Shown here in pieces: positions 26,828 to 40,245 of a stretch of DNA of 64,000 nucleotides. The notes under the pieces are model-generated. The model had not been told where the DNA came from. It worked only from the letters and a program-made list of their open reading frames with translations, and did not search any database. Each line of letters starts with the position of its first letter. The first letter of the stretch is position 1. The stretch comes from Geosiphon pyriformis uo1. Lineage: Eukaryota; Fungi; Glomeromycota. Made by a program: the position numbers and the translations under genes. The stretch spans positions 91,054 to 155,053 of the forward strand of contig JAAOMT010000618.1 in assembly GCA_016748015.1 (NCBI GenBank), written 5' to 3'.

Positions 26828-27343
26828 TCGATTAATTTTATTAGTTAGTTTATCTTTTTCATTAATTATAAAAAAAATAAAAAATTTATGAATTTATTTT
26901 AATATTTTAAAGTATACATATTTTTATTAATTTATTATAAATGGTATTTTCTCTTACTTAAAAAATATCAAAATAAAACTACTTATTCAAAAATTTTTAA
27001 TAATTTGTAGTTGGTTTTAAATATTATTAAAGCTATTAGTGTTTTTAAAAAAAAAGTGCTTTGATTTTTATTAGATTAATTCAATTTTTAAAATTAAGTA
27101 ACTCAATAAGTTGATTAATTAAAACATATATAAAATACAACTTGTTTTGTTTTTAAAATTAGTAAAATTCAATATATTAAGCAAATTAATTAAAGCCAGT
27201 TTTAATTAATATATTAATATTATTTTTATTTAAAAAAAAGTTATTGTTTATAAACAAATTCAAATTAAATATTATATTAATAAAATTATAATAAAACTGG
27301 TTTAAATATTAAAAAAATTGAATAAAACCAATTTTTTATTTTT

Positions 27344-29925
27344 ATTATTATTATTATTTTTTATTCATTTAATGAGTGAGGTCCAAATACTATCTAGTGC
27401 TATACATCAAAAAAATGATCTAAACTAGGCATAAATCATGCACTTTCTATACATGACCAGCCACTTGAGCTAATTAAAACAACACTACGCAGCTATGTGA
27501 ACTGAAACTGGATTACCTATATCTGAAAAAAACAAACAAGATTTGCAAAAACCAAAACAAATACCAAAAGCATCAGCAACACTAAGCAATTTAACTACTC
27601 TATCAGAAAACCTCAAAGCCAAACCAGAAACTGAGACAAAAGCCAAACTGTCAAGTGGAATCAACTCATTTTTTTCCATATAAGCTCAATGTTTAGCATA
27701 AACTGTCCAAACATTTTCTCTAAAAACTAGACCAAGTGAGCATACAAACTTAACAATTTTCAAACCAGCAATCTTGAGATCATGAAAGACAAAAACAGTC
27801 TCGCAAAACCAATCATCAAAAACAAAACTCTTACAAAGAGCCGTGAACACAGAGGAATCAGAAACACAGGACAACAACATCTGTAAAACTCCTGAGAAAG
27901 AATAAGAGAAACTGGAAACCACTTTCTAGAAATTTACATGAAATTCCAATAACCAATATCAAACAAATTCATTAACTCTACAAGAAAACAAATGATCTGA
28001 CACTTCAATGTTATCACAATATAAGCACAGCACACTAGAATAAAGTCTATTATAAAGATGCTTCCGAATGGCAACTGGCAGCTGATAGTGCAAAGCTTTT
28101 ATGAAGTAAGTATGTGTATTAACCAAGAGACTGCTAGTGAAAATAGTGGACATGTGCAAATTAAAAGGTCACATCAATAATGAACAAAGCTAATCAATCT
28201 CAGAGTCAAATTGCCTGCCAAAAACTTAAAACCAGAACCAACTTCCTAGCATGCATAACAAACTAAACAATAAATATTATGGACAAAATATTTGGAATTG
28301 TCAAAAATAACACTATCATCAGCTGTTATGAAAGGTTCACTCAAACAAGAAGAAAAATACCAACCAGAAAAAGAAGTGGTACCAGCAATTGCATCTGTGT
28401 GCTTATTCTCTGAAATGCCAAAGTGACCTTTTACCTTATGCCAGCTAACCCTTAAATTCTTATTGCAAATAATGTTAACAATATAACAATACTTAACCCA
28501 ACACTGATTACAAAAGTCAGAACACACCAGATCCAATTCCGACTTATAAGCATCCAAAACAAATTGACTATCTGAAAACAAATGAACAGAATTTGATAAG
28601 AGAACACACTCTAGAGCCAACACAATAGCCTGCAACTCCACCAAAATAGATGATATTAAACTTGACACACTAATGTCCAGACCCAAATCAATATCCTCAA
28701 AAAAAATGGCAGTAGCAGCTTTACAGCTCTCTGTGCCCAGATTACTAAAAGATTCATCCATGTACACTAACAAACTGCTAGTATCAACCTATGAAAGATA
28801 ATTACAAACAGACACAAAATCACTAAATTCAAGAATGTTTAAAGGATCAACACTACCCAAAACTGAAGGATGGGTGGAAAAGGAACCCACACCATTGAGA
28901 AATGCAACAGAAAGCCTAAACTATTCAGAAATAGAGCCACAGAGGTCCAATCTTTTCTAATGCTTGAAGGTATACCAATCAAAAACAGCATTATGATAAT
29001 CATGAAGTTGATTCACAAAGACAATACTATATCACCAGAGAGAGAAGAGAAACTTAAGAAACTCCAACTCACCCAGAACAGCAAACATTAGAATTTCACT
29101 GCAAAACCGAAAGAGATTGGCCAAAGAGCCACCCAAGCATAAATTGCAATCAAAAAAAACACTAACCATGCCTGCCAGAAAGTTATCAAAAGTACTAACA
29201 CAAATACAAACAAGAGAATTCAATAGATGAACAGAGTACCAATACAAAACTTGCAAGTTATGAGACCTGTAAGAAAACAAATGATCCAAAATACCACCAG
29301 AGTTTGCAAAACTAACAAGAGAAGCAGTTTTACTTTCAGATTGAACTTAAACAAAAGATTTCAAACCATAAAAGGAGGGATGGTGAATTGTATCACTAAA
29401 AAAATCATATGGCAAACCAGATTTGAGCTTCAAGCCCCTATAAATCAGAGCATTTCACTTGTTGCACATACCAATAGGAATAAAGCTGAACTGTATTCTA
29501 TAGCTGACTATAGGATAGAGAACTGCCAATATCAAATACAAGAGCTGTTTATCTGAGACAGCCTTTTTCAGGACCAGATTGGTAAAAAATTGAACATTTA
29601 AGTTTGCCTTAGCCAAACTAGGCTTCAAAAGACTCTCTGTTGAAAGCAAAATACCTAAATACTAATGAGATTTACCCTTTTTGGCAATAGAAATAGACAA
29701 GCCACTAATAAAAAGAAAAGAATTGCTGACTCTGCTATTGATAAGAATGACCACTGTCTTGTTATTATTAATAGAAATGTCATTCATCTGAAAAAATTCA
29801 CTAGCAATATTGAGAATATGTTGAGTAGCATTTTGACTGTTACCAACCCAAATTGTATTGTTAACAAAAGCACCAGCAGCAAAAAAAAAAGAGTCCAGCC
29901 TGAGATTTAGTGTAACCACTTTTGG
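27344..29925 (-). mobile_element. 5'-truncated LINE (RT C-terminal part, RNase H, CCHC, 3' UTR)
   Basis: Motifs AGAFVNNTIW, VYMDES, KVKGH, CLYCDNIEVSDHLFSC. 14-bp TSD AATTTTTTATTTTT at 27330-27343 and 29926-29939. Tail of A plus (TAA)n. Confidence 0.92.
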
Positions 29926-30105
29926 AATTTTTTATTTTTTACAAAAAAAAACAGATTTTAAAAAAATAATACTAAGAAATACTAAAAAAAATATTTTTTT
30001 TAAATATTTTAACAAAATTAATAATAGTAGTTTTAAATGTAAAAAAAGTTTGTTTTTTTGTTTTTTGATTTTTTTAAACAATTTAAGATTTTAAGTCTGT
30101 AATTA

Positions 30106-31031
30106 TTTTTTTTTTATTACAAGTTTTACAAGTAAAGTCTAACTGCTATCTAGTACATAAAACCAAACTAAGTGGAACCAACTAAACACAGCTTATACAT
30201 AGACTACATGTGGCCAGCCACTTAGACCAGACAAGGCAACACTACACATCTATGACAACAAAAGCATTACCATCCAAACCAGAAAAAAAACAACATAATT
30301 TGTGCCTACCAAATTTAACAGCAAAAGATTCTACAACACTAAACATATGAACAATGCCAGCTGACAATATAGAAACTACACTGCTGGACAAGCCAGAAAC
30401 CACACTATTATCTCCAACCAAGCCAGTCTTTTCCATCTCCACTCTATACTTGGCCCTAACAGACCATATTAGAATGCACTGCAATTCCACCACAAATCTG
30501 ATGTATTCCACAAGAGTCTGAATAATTTTCTTTTTTCCATCAAAAACTGAAACAGCTTTAACATACCAATCTCTTATTACAAAACTCTTGTATACTGCTG
30601 TGTAAAGACTCATATCCAAAGAACATGATGAGAGCAAAAGCAGAATAGCAGATGGAAATGAACTCAAAAGACCAGTTATTGACATTCATTTATTAGCAGC
30701 TTCAGCCAAAATGTTCCCGCAGAGACCAAAATTACCAGAACAAGTAAAAACATGATCAGAGAACTTCACCTCACCACACAGCAAACACAAAACACCAGGA
30801 TAACTTCTGTTATACAACTTTTTTTTAACTGCAACTGGCAGCCACTTATACACAATTTTCATTAAATACATGCATAAATTGGCTGACTTTCTACTGGTAA
30901 ACCCAGAAAGCATGTGTGAATCAGGATGCCAAACAGTCACAGTAGTATCTCAATTTATTTCCTTAATTATAATATTTAGAACTATATCAAAACCCAGACC
31001 AGTCTCTCAATAAGCACAACATATTAACCAA
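30106..31031 (-). mobile_element. LINE-4, 3' segment (ORF2 end, 3' UTR, poly-A)
   Basis: Poly-T at 30106-30115. VWHPDSHMLSGF..CLLCGEVKFSDHVFTC. Reads in continuity with 41078 (RDLYR|LICCAY). Confidence 0.93.
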
Positions 31032-31835
31032 TGTTATAGGTGAATCTTTGAAATATGGAGTAAATAACAAACTCATAACTTGGTGCTTAAAGCTAGTTGT
31101 AGTTAATAGTGATTTAAAGATTTTGTATCTGAAGGTTTCAGTTTGAGTCTTTTGTATAATGAACAAAGATCTAATAGTTGTTTTATCTGTAACTTCCCAA
31201 AATTGCAATTCTGTTAATTCTTTTCTTGGCATGATGGCTGGTAAGTATTTTGTATCTTCTATATATGTCCTACCCTCTTACAGGGGTCTTTTACCAGACA
31301 ATCCTTAACATTAATAATCTAGCACTTTATTCAACCAATTAGTGCACAACAATAAAATCAAAAATAAAAATCAAAAAAAGAAAAATAAAAGAAAATAATA
31401 AATAAACCAAGGTGGTTTTGCAAAATAGCCATGATCAAAAGCTATTGTTCTAGTGTGATTAAGTATCAATTACTATCAACATGGAGTATTGATAGTAGAA
31501 TTGGGTTTGAAATAATAAATAGTTATTTATTGTGTTTTTGGAAAGTTGTCTAGATAAATCTAAACTGAAAGGTCTGTCTTTTCAGCTTTTAATCCTGAGA
31601 TTCCTCAATTCCTTAATTCTTCACAACAGGAATTCTGGGATTCTTGGAATCTTGCAATTCCTTTGAGAGGAATCCTGAAATTCTGGAATCCTGTGATTTT
31701 TTGTGAGAATTCTATAATTCCTGGAATCCTGCAATTCCTGAAAAGAATCCTGGAATTCCACATTTTACTATATCTACTTCTGATTGGCTAATAACTATGT
31801 TAATATATATATTTCCTATATTTCTATGAGTAACA
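31032..31835 (-). repeat. 3' LTR of element A (804 bp)
   Basis: TGTTAT...GTAACA on the + strand; direct repeat of 40246-41077; preceded on the minus strand by the PPT. Confidence 0.95.
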
Positions 31836-31850
31836 TTATTTTCTCCCTTT
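31836..31850 (-). other. Polypurine tract of element A
   Basis: AAAGGGAGAAAATAA immediately before the LTR TGTTAC. Confidence 0.85.
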
Positions 31851-33906
31851 AATATTGAGCTCTGTCAAAATCCAATTCTGTTAATTTCTCTTCTTGAAGT
31901 ATTTTCTGAATTTTGTTTTCGAGAATTACTTGTGCCATTTGAGTCTGTAATTCTTCAAATTGAGCATTGGTGATCTTTCCTAATTGATTACTGATAACTA
32001 TGTCCATTGCTTTGTTAAATAAGATTTCTGGTCAATCCTGAAATGCTGTGTGTATTTGGTATATGACTTGGGCCTGTGTAGATAAGTTGTTCTTTCCCAC
32101 AAAATGTTCTAATTGTTGTAGTATTCTTGTGTCGAATAATTGCTTTGTTTTATCTGTATATAGATTCTGGATATTCATGTATTGTCCTAAGTAAAAATAA
32201 CAGTAGTTTCTTGAAAATTGTTGTGTTCACCAATTCCAGGTTTTTCTGGTCAATTCTTGTTGTAATCTGACTATTTGTTGTTTTTTTATGGCCAATTTTA
32301 CTTTGGTGATTATTTTGTCAACCATATTTTCGAATTTTCTCTGTATCCTATATTGTAGAGTCTTTGACATATTTTTGTAACAAATTGTTTGTTGATTGAT
32401 TGTAATTTCCATTTTTTGGTGTTGAATTAACTGAAAAAGTTGTTGTGCTAGCAAGTAAATATTGTCAGTGATTTCTATTTTTTTGATCTTTTCTGTCATG
32501 TTAATTATGTCTTTATATATTTCTTTTGTTAATCAATTGGATGTGTTGTTATTGATGATGATAATTGGTTCCAGATCTCATGGAATTTTATCTGGTTGTA
32601 CTAGTATTCTCTGTACTTCCAATTGTAGAATATTACTGGTGGATGATAATGCTATATTGTGGTATGGTTTCAGTCGATCATTATGTGTTGCTTTGGTTAA
32701 AATTTTGTTGTTCAATCTTAATTTATAAGCTCTATTTCCTAAAATTTCTTCTATGTGAAATGGTCCATCCCATTTGAGGTCAAATTTTTCACTCCATTGT
32801 TTTTCTACTTTGGTATAATGTAGAAGTACTTTGTCTTCAATCCTGAATTCAACTGGTTTATTTGATAGTTGGTTATCATGTCTTTCTTTTGTGACTTTTG
32901 GATATTATTAGCTGCTTTTTGCTGTTTGTTTTCTAATGTCTCCATTAAGTCATATGTTCTTCTCAATAATGTTTCCTAGAAATTCTCTTCAGTTATTAGT
33001 TCTGTTGAATATGTATTAACTTTTATCTCTACTGGTAATGTTGCTGTTCTACTATATACTAATTCAAATAGTGTTGCTTATGTAGTGTCTTGTTTCATTG
33101 TCCAATAAGCAAATAGTACTGATGGTATAAACAAATCTTATTCATCTTGATTTTCTTGGCTGAGTTTGGCTATTGCTTCACATAATGTTCTATTAAATCT
33201 TTTGACTAATCCATTGGTTTGTGAATGATATGGTGACGATAGTAGTCTCTTAATTCCGAATCTTTGGCTTAATTCTGCTAATGTTCTATTTACAAAGTGA
33301 GTTCCTTGATCTAATAATAATTTTTTTGGACATCTGTGTCAACAAATTAAATTTTGATGAATGAATTCGGCAACGGATTCTGCATCTGCTTTTTGAATTG
33401 TTTTTGCTTCTGGCTATTTAGTGAGATAGTCCATGGCTATTGCAATATATCTGTTGCCTCTGCTGGTGATTGTTAATGGTCTGACTAAGTCAATTCCAAT
33501 GTGATCAAATAGTTGTCCCACTTTGATTGGTCTTAATGGTTCACTGGGTTTTTGTTCCTTCTTTTCTTTGACAAGCATCACAATTTTGAACATATTGAAT
33601 GATGTCTGGATACATTGATGGCCAATAGTATTTTTTTCTGGTTTTTTCTATGGTTGCTTCTTTGTAAAAGTGTCCTGCAGTTGGGTCTAAGTACATGTTG
33701 AATAGTATTGTCTCTTTTTATGGCTTTGTTACTATTCTGGTTGGTTGATCTGAATCTTTTCTGTTTTTTTAATAAAGTATATTTTGGTGAGTGATAAAAT
33801 ATTTTGATTGTTGTTTAATACTCTTTTGTTCTGATTGAAATAAATTCTCCTTGAACTGTTGAGTATTCAGATAATGTTGAAGTTGTTGATATTTTTGTGT
33901 GTTCAT
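31849..33906 (-). pseudogene. Element A integrase ORF with ~280-aa C-terminal extension
   Basis: Hand translation: MNTQKYQQL..AGHF..YYWPSM..CDACQR; IGIDLV; DQGTHF; SPYHSQTNGLVKRFNRTL; WDGPF; then in frame through 32227-32499 to LDFDRAQY*. Confidence 0.9.
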
Positions 33907-33969
33907 CTTTTGTTATATTTTTGTTGGTATTGGTTTTGGTTTTTGTTGTATTTTTGGGTTGAAATGTTT

Positions 33970-36900
33970 TTAGATTTGTCTCATTCATGACAAACCATCA
34001 GCATTTCCGTTGTTTTTTCTCTTTTTATAGTGTATGATATAAGTATATAGTAACAGTGCCATTTTCTACCTTGACTGTCTTCCATCCCCAAATTCTTGTT
34101 TGTGAAGTGATGTCAATTCTTTGTGGTCAGTATACACATCAAATTTCTGGCTTAAGTACTTGGCTCATTTCATAACTGCCCAATATATTGCTAAGTATTC
34201 TAGTTCTGGAGTTCTATAATTTTTTTTGGCTGGTGTTAGCTGGCATAAGCTATTGGATGCTCTCTTCCATCTAATTTTCTCTAAGATAGTACAGCTCCCA
34301 ATGCTTGACCTGATGCATTGGTGGTGATGATAAATGGCTTGCTGTAATTTGAATAGATCAATACTGGAGCTTGAATTAGCTTTTTTCTTAGGATGTCAAA
34401 AGCTTTTTGCTGGGTCTCAGTCCATTTATATTTTGTATTCTTGGCTTGGAAATAGTTGAGTGGCTGAGCTATTTTGGAAAAGTTCTTTATAAAGCATCAA
34501 TAATAGCTTGTGAAGCCTAAGAATGATTGTAGTTCTGTTAAGTTAGTTGGTATTGGAAAGTTCTTTACTATTTTGCTGACTATATGTCCCAAGAATTTTA
34601 GCTCTGTCTTGCCAAAAAAACATTTGGTGGCATTTAATTTTAGCCCTGCTTATCGTAGTCTTTCGAACACTTATTGAAGATGATGAAGATGATCATCAAA
34701 TGTCTTTGAAAATACATTGGTGTCATCCAAGTAAACTACTACTGATTTCCACAATAAGCCAGTGTACACAATTCCCATTAGCCATTAAAATGTGGCTGGA
34801 GCATTGATTAAGCTGAATGGCATAACTTCAAACTCAAAGTTCCCTTCTCTGATGGTGAATGCTGTTTTTTCTTTGTCGGCTGAATCCATGGCTACTTGTC
34901 AGTAACCACTATCTAGATCCAGTGTTGAGAACCATTTATTTCCTCCAAAAGTATCGAATAGCTCTTGGATCTGTGGAGTTGGGTAGTTGTTTTCATGAGT
35001 AACTCTATTGAGTTTTCTATAATCTACACAAAAGTGAATTTTCCCATTTTTCTTTTGGACAAGTACCACTGGTAATAACCATGAGCTTATTGATGACTGG
35101 ATTAGCCCATTGTCAAGCATTCGATTGATTTCTTGACAGATGATTTCATGACTGGTGGGTGGAACTCTGTATGCTCACTGTTTAATTGACATTGCATCTC
35201 CAGTTTTAATTTGATGTTGGATGATATCAGTTCTGCCAAATTCGTTTTTGCTGGCAAAAATGTTGTTAAAATTGTTGAGTAACATCTTGAGCTACATACA
35301 TTATAGTAGATTTAGATTTTCTATGTTCATTTGTTCTAATTGTTCTGGTTGGAGCAAATAACATTTGTCTTGTCTATAGATTGTTTGTAATGTAATGTCA
35401 ACATATCCACAAAGTTGTGGAAAGTCTGGAATGAAGTTTGGTGGTTGGTCTTCTATTGCTGTGGTTAAATATCCAATAGTGGTTCCTTCTGGTATCTTAA
35501 TGACATTCCTAGTGTTGTTGTAGATGGGAATTTTTATGTGGCTATAGTTTTTGGCTAGTATATGGAGATTGATTAGTCCAATCTCTCCTGATTCACAAAG
35601 GCTTGCTTCAGCTTCAAAAATCTGTTCTTGCTTTTTTTTCTTCCTTTCTATTGCTAACATGTACTGGCTATATGGTGGAATAAAAATAGCTTGACCAGTT
35701 GAGATAATTTTTCCTTGGCCAACAATTTCTTTTTCTGCCATATTAACTAGTACATCTATTTTACTTGTTGATTCAAATCTCTGTATTCCTCTTGCTGTTA
35801 TTCCTAACTCTTCCCTATTTTCCATTGACACTAACTGAGCTATTTTAACCAGAGACAGGAATATTGTCTGTGCTATCTTTTCATTTGGCTCTATTGTATA
35901 AGCCTTTTCCGAGTCATTTTATAGTATAGCAATAATATTTTCTACATATTCTGCATCAATTATTCCTCCCTTGATATTGATCTCTCTTTTTGCTAAACTA
36001 CTCCTAGATGCTAACTGAACCATAGTTGTCACTGGAATCTCTAATGCTATTTTCAGATCAATACATGTGCACGAATGTGGTTCCAATTTGATAGTCTCTG
36101 TTCCAGGATATCTCAGATCAAATCTGACATCAGTATCATGTGCACATTCTGGCATAATATCTTCATTATTATTACTGAACCATTTTAGTTCCAATTCCCT
36201 AGTGAGGTCAGAAATTACAATATATTGTTTATATTTTGTGTTAGAGTTTGAATCTGAGTTGGAATTGTTATCGTGGTTATTACCATATTGAATGAAGTTG
36301 AAACCATTGTTTTTGTCATCATCATTGTCAGAGCTTAACTTGAGATTGAATGGTAATTCCGATTTTGATGTGCAGCTGCTGATTGGTTTGATTTCTTCAA
36401 GGATTGTGTAGATCATGTGTGGTGGTGAATTGTAGATGAGGTCACACTCATCACAATATTCAAAGTCACTGGGGATTAAACAATGGCAACACAGTCTTGT
36501 ATTTAACTGTTCTAACCATTGTTCTTGCTTTTTTTTGGTGGGTGCCAGATTTTGATAGTGTTCATGAAACTCTTCTGGCTCCAGGAGGTTGATAACTGGT
36601 TCTGCATCCCAGTCAAGTTCTATCAGTTCTAGTGGGTTGTTTTTGATTTTTTTTATTTCCTCTGGTAACACTCCTTCTATTTTGGCAAGTGCCATTCTCC
36701 AGATCTTGTTGTCATCATGTGGACAACTGTCCAATTGTCATACTGCTCTTCTTTAAGCAGCTTCTATTGGTGTCCCTTTTCTCACTCAGTCACTGACTAG
36801 AATCATGTATTGGCATGAGATTTCACAGGTTTCTCCTTTTCCTGGAATGTCATTCCACATTCCTTCATCCAATAGTGTTTCCCCACAAGCAAGACAAGGT

Positions 36901-39900
36901 TGGTTATCCCATTTTTCTTGCTTTTTTGGTCGTCCAAAGTGTTCAAGGATGCATAAACAGCAGTAGAACTTTGTAGCCATAGGATATTCCTCATTGTCAC
37001 CACAGCATGCACTCATTAATGACAATTTTTTGCCACAATTAATGCATATGAGCTTTGGTCAGCAATAAGTAGATGGTGGCTGTGGAGTGTAGGTGTATAG
37101 AACGTAAGCAGTGATGACTTGAGTAGTCTTTTCTTCTCTTTTTTTCCCTTTTTCTTTATTCCTCTTCCATTTCCAACTGTGATCTTCTTCTTGTTCATTG
37201 TTGGTCCAGGTCAGATTGTCCGTTTCTCAGGTAAGTTCTTCCTTTTGTTTTCTTTTTCCTTTTTCTTGCTCATCCCATGATAGTATGGGTGGTAACTTGT
37301 TGTGATTGGTATCAGTCCATGAGACTTGGTAGGTTTTCCAGACTGGTTTTTCTTCTTTTTCATCTAGCTCAATCAATGGTTCTTCTCTTGAAGGAGCCTT
37401 AAAGTGTCTGCACATGGCTGGAGTTCACACATGTTAGCCATTCTGACTAAGCTGAAGCTCCTGCATGGTCCAGTCGAAAATGGCGTTGGCCTTGAACAGC
37501 CAATTGTTCCCAACCAACACTTGGTATTAAATGGCTTCCATGACCAAAACTTTGATAGGTGTGATAAGGCCATTGATTTCAAAGGGGAAATTGTTGATTT
37601 TGTCTATAGGCGTCTTAGTGGTTCTATTGACAGTTATAATTCTGGCGCTGGCAGCGCAGTCAACCCAGCAATTTAATTGCTCCATTAGTTGACGGGTGAT
37701 GATGCTGCCAGCTGATCCACTATTCAGAATTAGTTTGATTGGTTGACCATTAGCTTTTGCATCAGTGTTCATAGCCATGATGGGTTTTTCTTTTAGTGCT
37801 GCTCCACTGAATAATGGCATGGCTGCCAGTTCTTTGAGTTTGAATGGAAAAATGGCATCCAGAAATTCATTTTCCATGATTGTTGCTGATAGAATATTGC
37901 TAGTAAGTGTTGATTATAGGTTGGTTTCTGGTTCATTGGGTTGGGTGTCTTCTGGGATAACCAGGAGACTTAAATAGTTCTGAGAATTTGGGTTTTGGAC
38001 ATAACCAGTGTCTGAATTCTGAGAATGTGATCCCATTGACTAGTGAGAGGAGCTGAGAATCAGTTGGTAGACAACCATCACTGATCTCCAGTTTTGGGCG
38101 ATTTTCGATCTGAGGTTCTCTGATGTCATCTGAATAGGATTTGCTGGTGGTGTTTGAATGGGTTGTTGGGACTGATAAATTACTTGGGGCTGTGGCTGAT
38201 AAATTACTTGTGGCTGCAGTTGATAGATTGCTGGTGGTTGATAGACTGGAGTTTGATAGACTGGAGTTTGATATACTGGTGGTTGATAGATTTGTGACTG
38301 TGTTATTGGCAGGTAAGCAGTTTGATCTTGATTTGGGTAATGATTTGGAGTTTGGAACTGGCAATTGGAGTTTCTGTATTGATTTCCCGATTGTTGATTG
38401 CTATAAATATGACAATTGACTCGGATATGGCCTTGTTTACCACAATTGTGGCAAATGCGCATCTCTGGCTGCCATGACTGATTAGGTGTTGTTGATGATG
38501 ATAAATGCGACTGATTTTGGAAACAATTTGTGTTTCCTGAATTATTGCATTGTTGTGGTGGTTGATAGATGGCATGATTGTCAGCTAAGTATTCCTCTAA
38601 TTTCTGATTAATTGAATCACTGAATTGTTTCAATTTGAAATCCAATTCAGATAATCCATTCATTACTAGGTTTACAGCTTGGGCGTGGTTAGCTTCTGAT
38701 TCAGCAGACTCAAAATCTCTGGCATGTATGACTGCATCTTGGAGAGTGACTGGATGCAATAGACATACATGTTGTAGGATGCTACTGCACAGGCCACGGA
38801 TAAATTGGTTGAGGATTTGTGGTGCTGTAAAATAGTTGGCATCAATTGCTTGAATTTGGCACAGATTTCTATGGAAGCGTCCCAAGTAAGTGGTGACTGC
38901 TTCTGTTTCTTTTTGCTTCATGGTGCTGAATGTATTGGCTAACCAGTTGATACTGTTATTATTGCTGAAGTATCTTAAAAATTCCACTTTAAAGGCATTG
39001 AAGTCTTGTGGTTTATTAATCAAACTCTGATATCATGAATTGGTGGTATCCTTGAAAAAGTAGGGTATGGCTTACATTACTCGGATGTTATTTTATTCGT
39101 TGGCTGTGATGGCTTTTTATATCATTCAGCCATACTTGGGTGTTGTTCTCTTCACTGGTAAAGTTGTCAAGCTTTACGATTAGTACATAGGCCATTGGAT
39201 CTAAGTTGGGTTGTTGTGGTGGCTGTTAAACCAATTGTTGTTGCACTGGTTATTGGGGTGGTATTTGAAATGGCTGTTGTATGGATTCAGCTATTGGATT
39301 AAGTGGTAGTTGATTGATGATGATTACTGGAGGTAAGTTTGGTTGATTAGTTAGATTGGAGTTTTGATTATCCTGAATTGGCGGTGTCTGAATATTCTGA
39401 GTTTCAATTTCCAAATTTTCTGGATTTAGATTTTGCTGGGTTTAAAGATTCAGAGTTTCAACTTCCAGGTTTTCAGGAATTGGATTCTGGTAAGTGAATT
39501 CTTGATCTTCAGCTTCTTTTTCTTCTTTTTCTGATTTTGTTACTTCTCATAGGTCAGCAATTCCAAAATCTGGTGGAGGTGGCAGTGATCAAAGTCCTAA
39601 TGAGATTGGTGATCATGAGTTAAATCCCTCAAAGTATTTGCTATATGGTCCTAGTAAGTCTGTTTTCTTTTGTTTACTTTGAAATAAAAACCTGCCAAAT
39701 GTTGCTGTCGCATTTGATGTTGATGCACCTACTGATGTTATGTTGATGGCACTTCCAGGTGTGTAGTGATAGAATAGAACAGTTGGTGATTCAACTCTTG
39801 TTTTCTTCCAAGTGGATGGTTGTATTCTTTTGGGTATTACTGCTGGGGTTTGTAGTTTTCCTTTGCCTTTACTGGTGTATGTAATTGGGTATCTTTGTTG

Positions 39901-40184
39901 TGTGTAATGTTCAATTTTCTTGTTGATCTTAGTGATGATAGATGTGAAATTATGATTTGTGAATAGGCTGGTGTTTTGAATTAATTCTCAGTAAAAAGTT
40001 TTTCTTGCTAATTCAGTATTTTCTAGTGTTTCCAACAAAAAGGAAATCTTTTTGTTGACATAGAAATTGAATGCTGATTCAGCAGATATGTGATTATGGT
40101 TTAATCCCAAGTGTTGACAGTAATGTTGAAATAAAGATTTGCAAATCTTAGATGGTTTGCTCCGACGTTTTCTGATTCTGCCAC
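33970..40184 (-). pseudogene. Element A gag-PR-Cys-rich-dUTPase-RT-RNaseH polyprotein
   Basis: CHNCGKQGHIRVNC; LILNSGSAGSI; RFDLRYP/SRSS/GGIIDAEY; CVDYRKLN; YLDD (~34720-34735); ends NADGLS*MRQI*. Confidence 0.92.
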
Positions 40185-40227
40185 TTTTGAATAGGGTTGT
40201 CAGTACTGGTTTTCTGTAGAATTATAC

Positions 40228-40243
40228 TTCACAAGGAGCACCA
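40228..40243 (-). other. Primer-binding site of element A
   Basis: TGGTGCTCCTTGTGAA, 2 nt after the LTR. Complementary to a tRNA ending GGAGCA-CCA (candidates elongator Met or Ile-UAU; not resolved). Confidence 0.8.
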
Positions 40244-40245
40244 AA

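Noticed and set aside
31849-32499. env gene downstream of integrase
   Set aside because: It is in frame with IN, and no signal peptide, furin site or TM helix is visible.
37933-38364. Overlapping ORF with NLSTT repeats
   Set aside because: It is an alternative frame of the gag YQPP repeat. Gag and protease are already in one frame.
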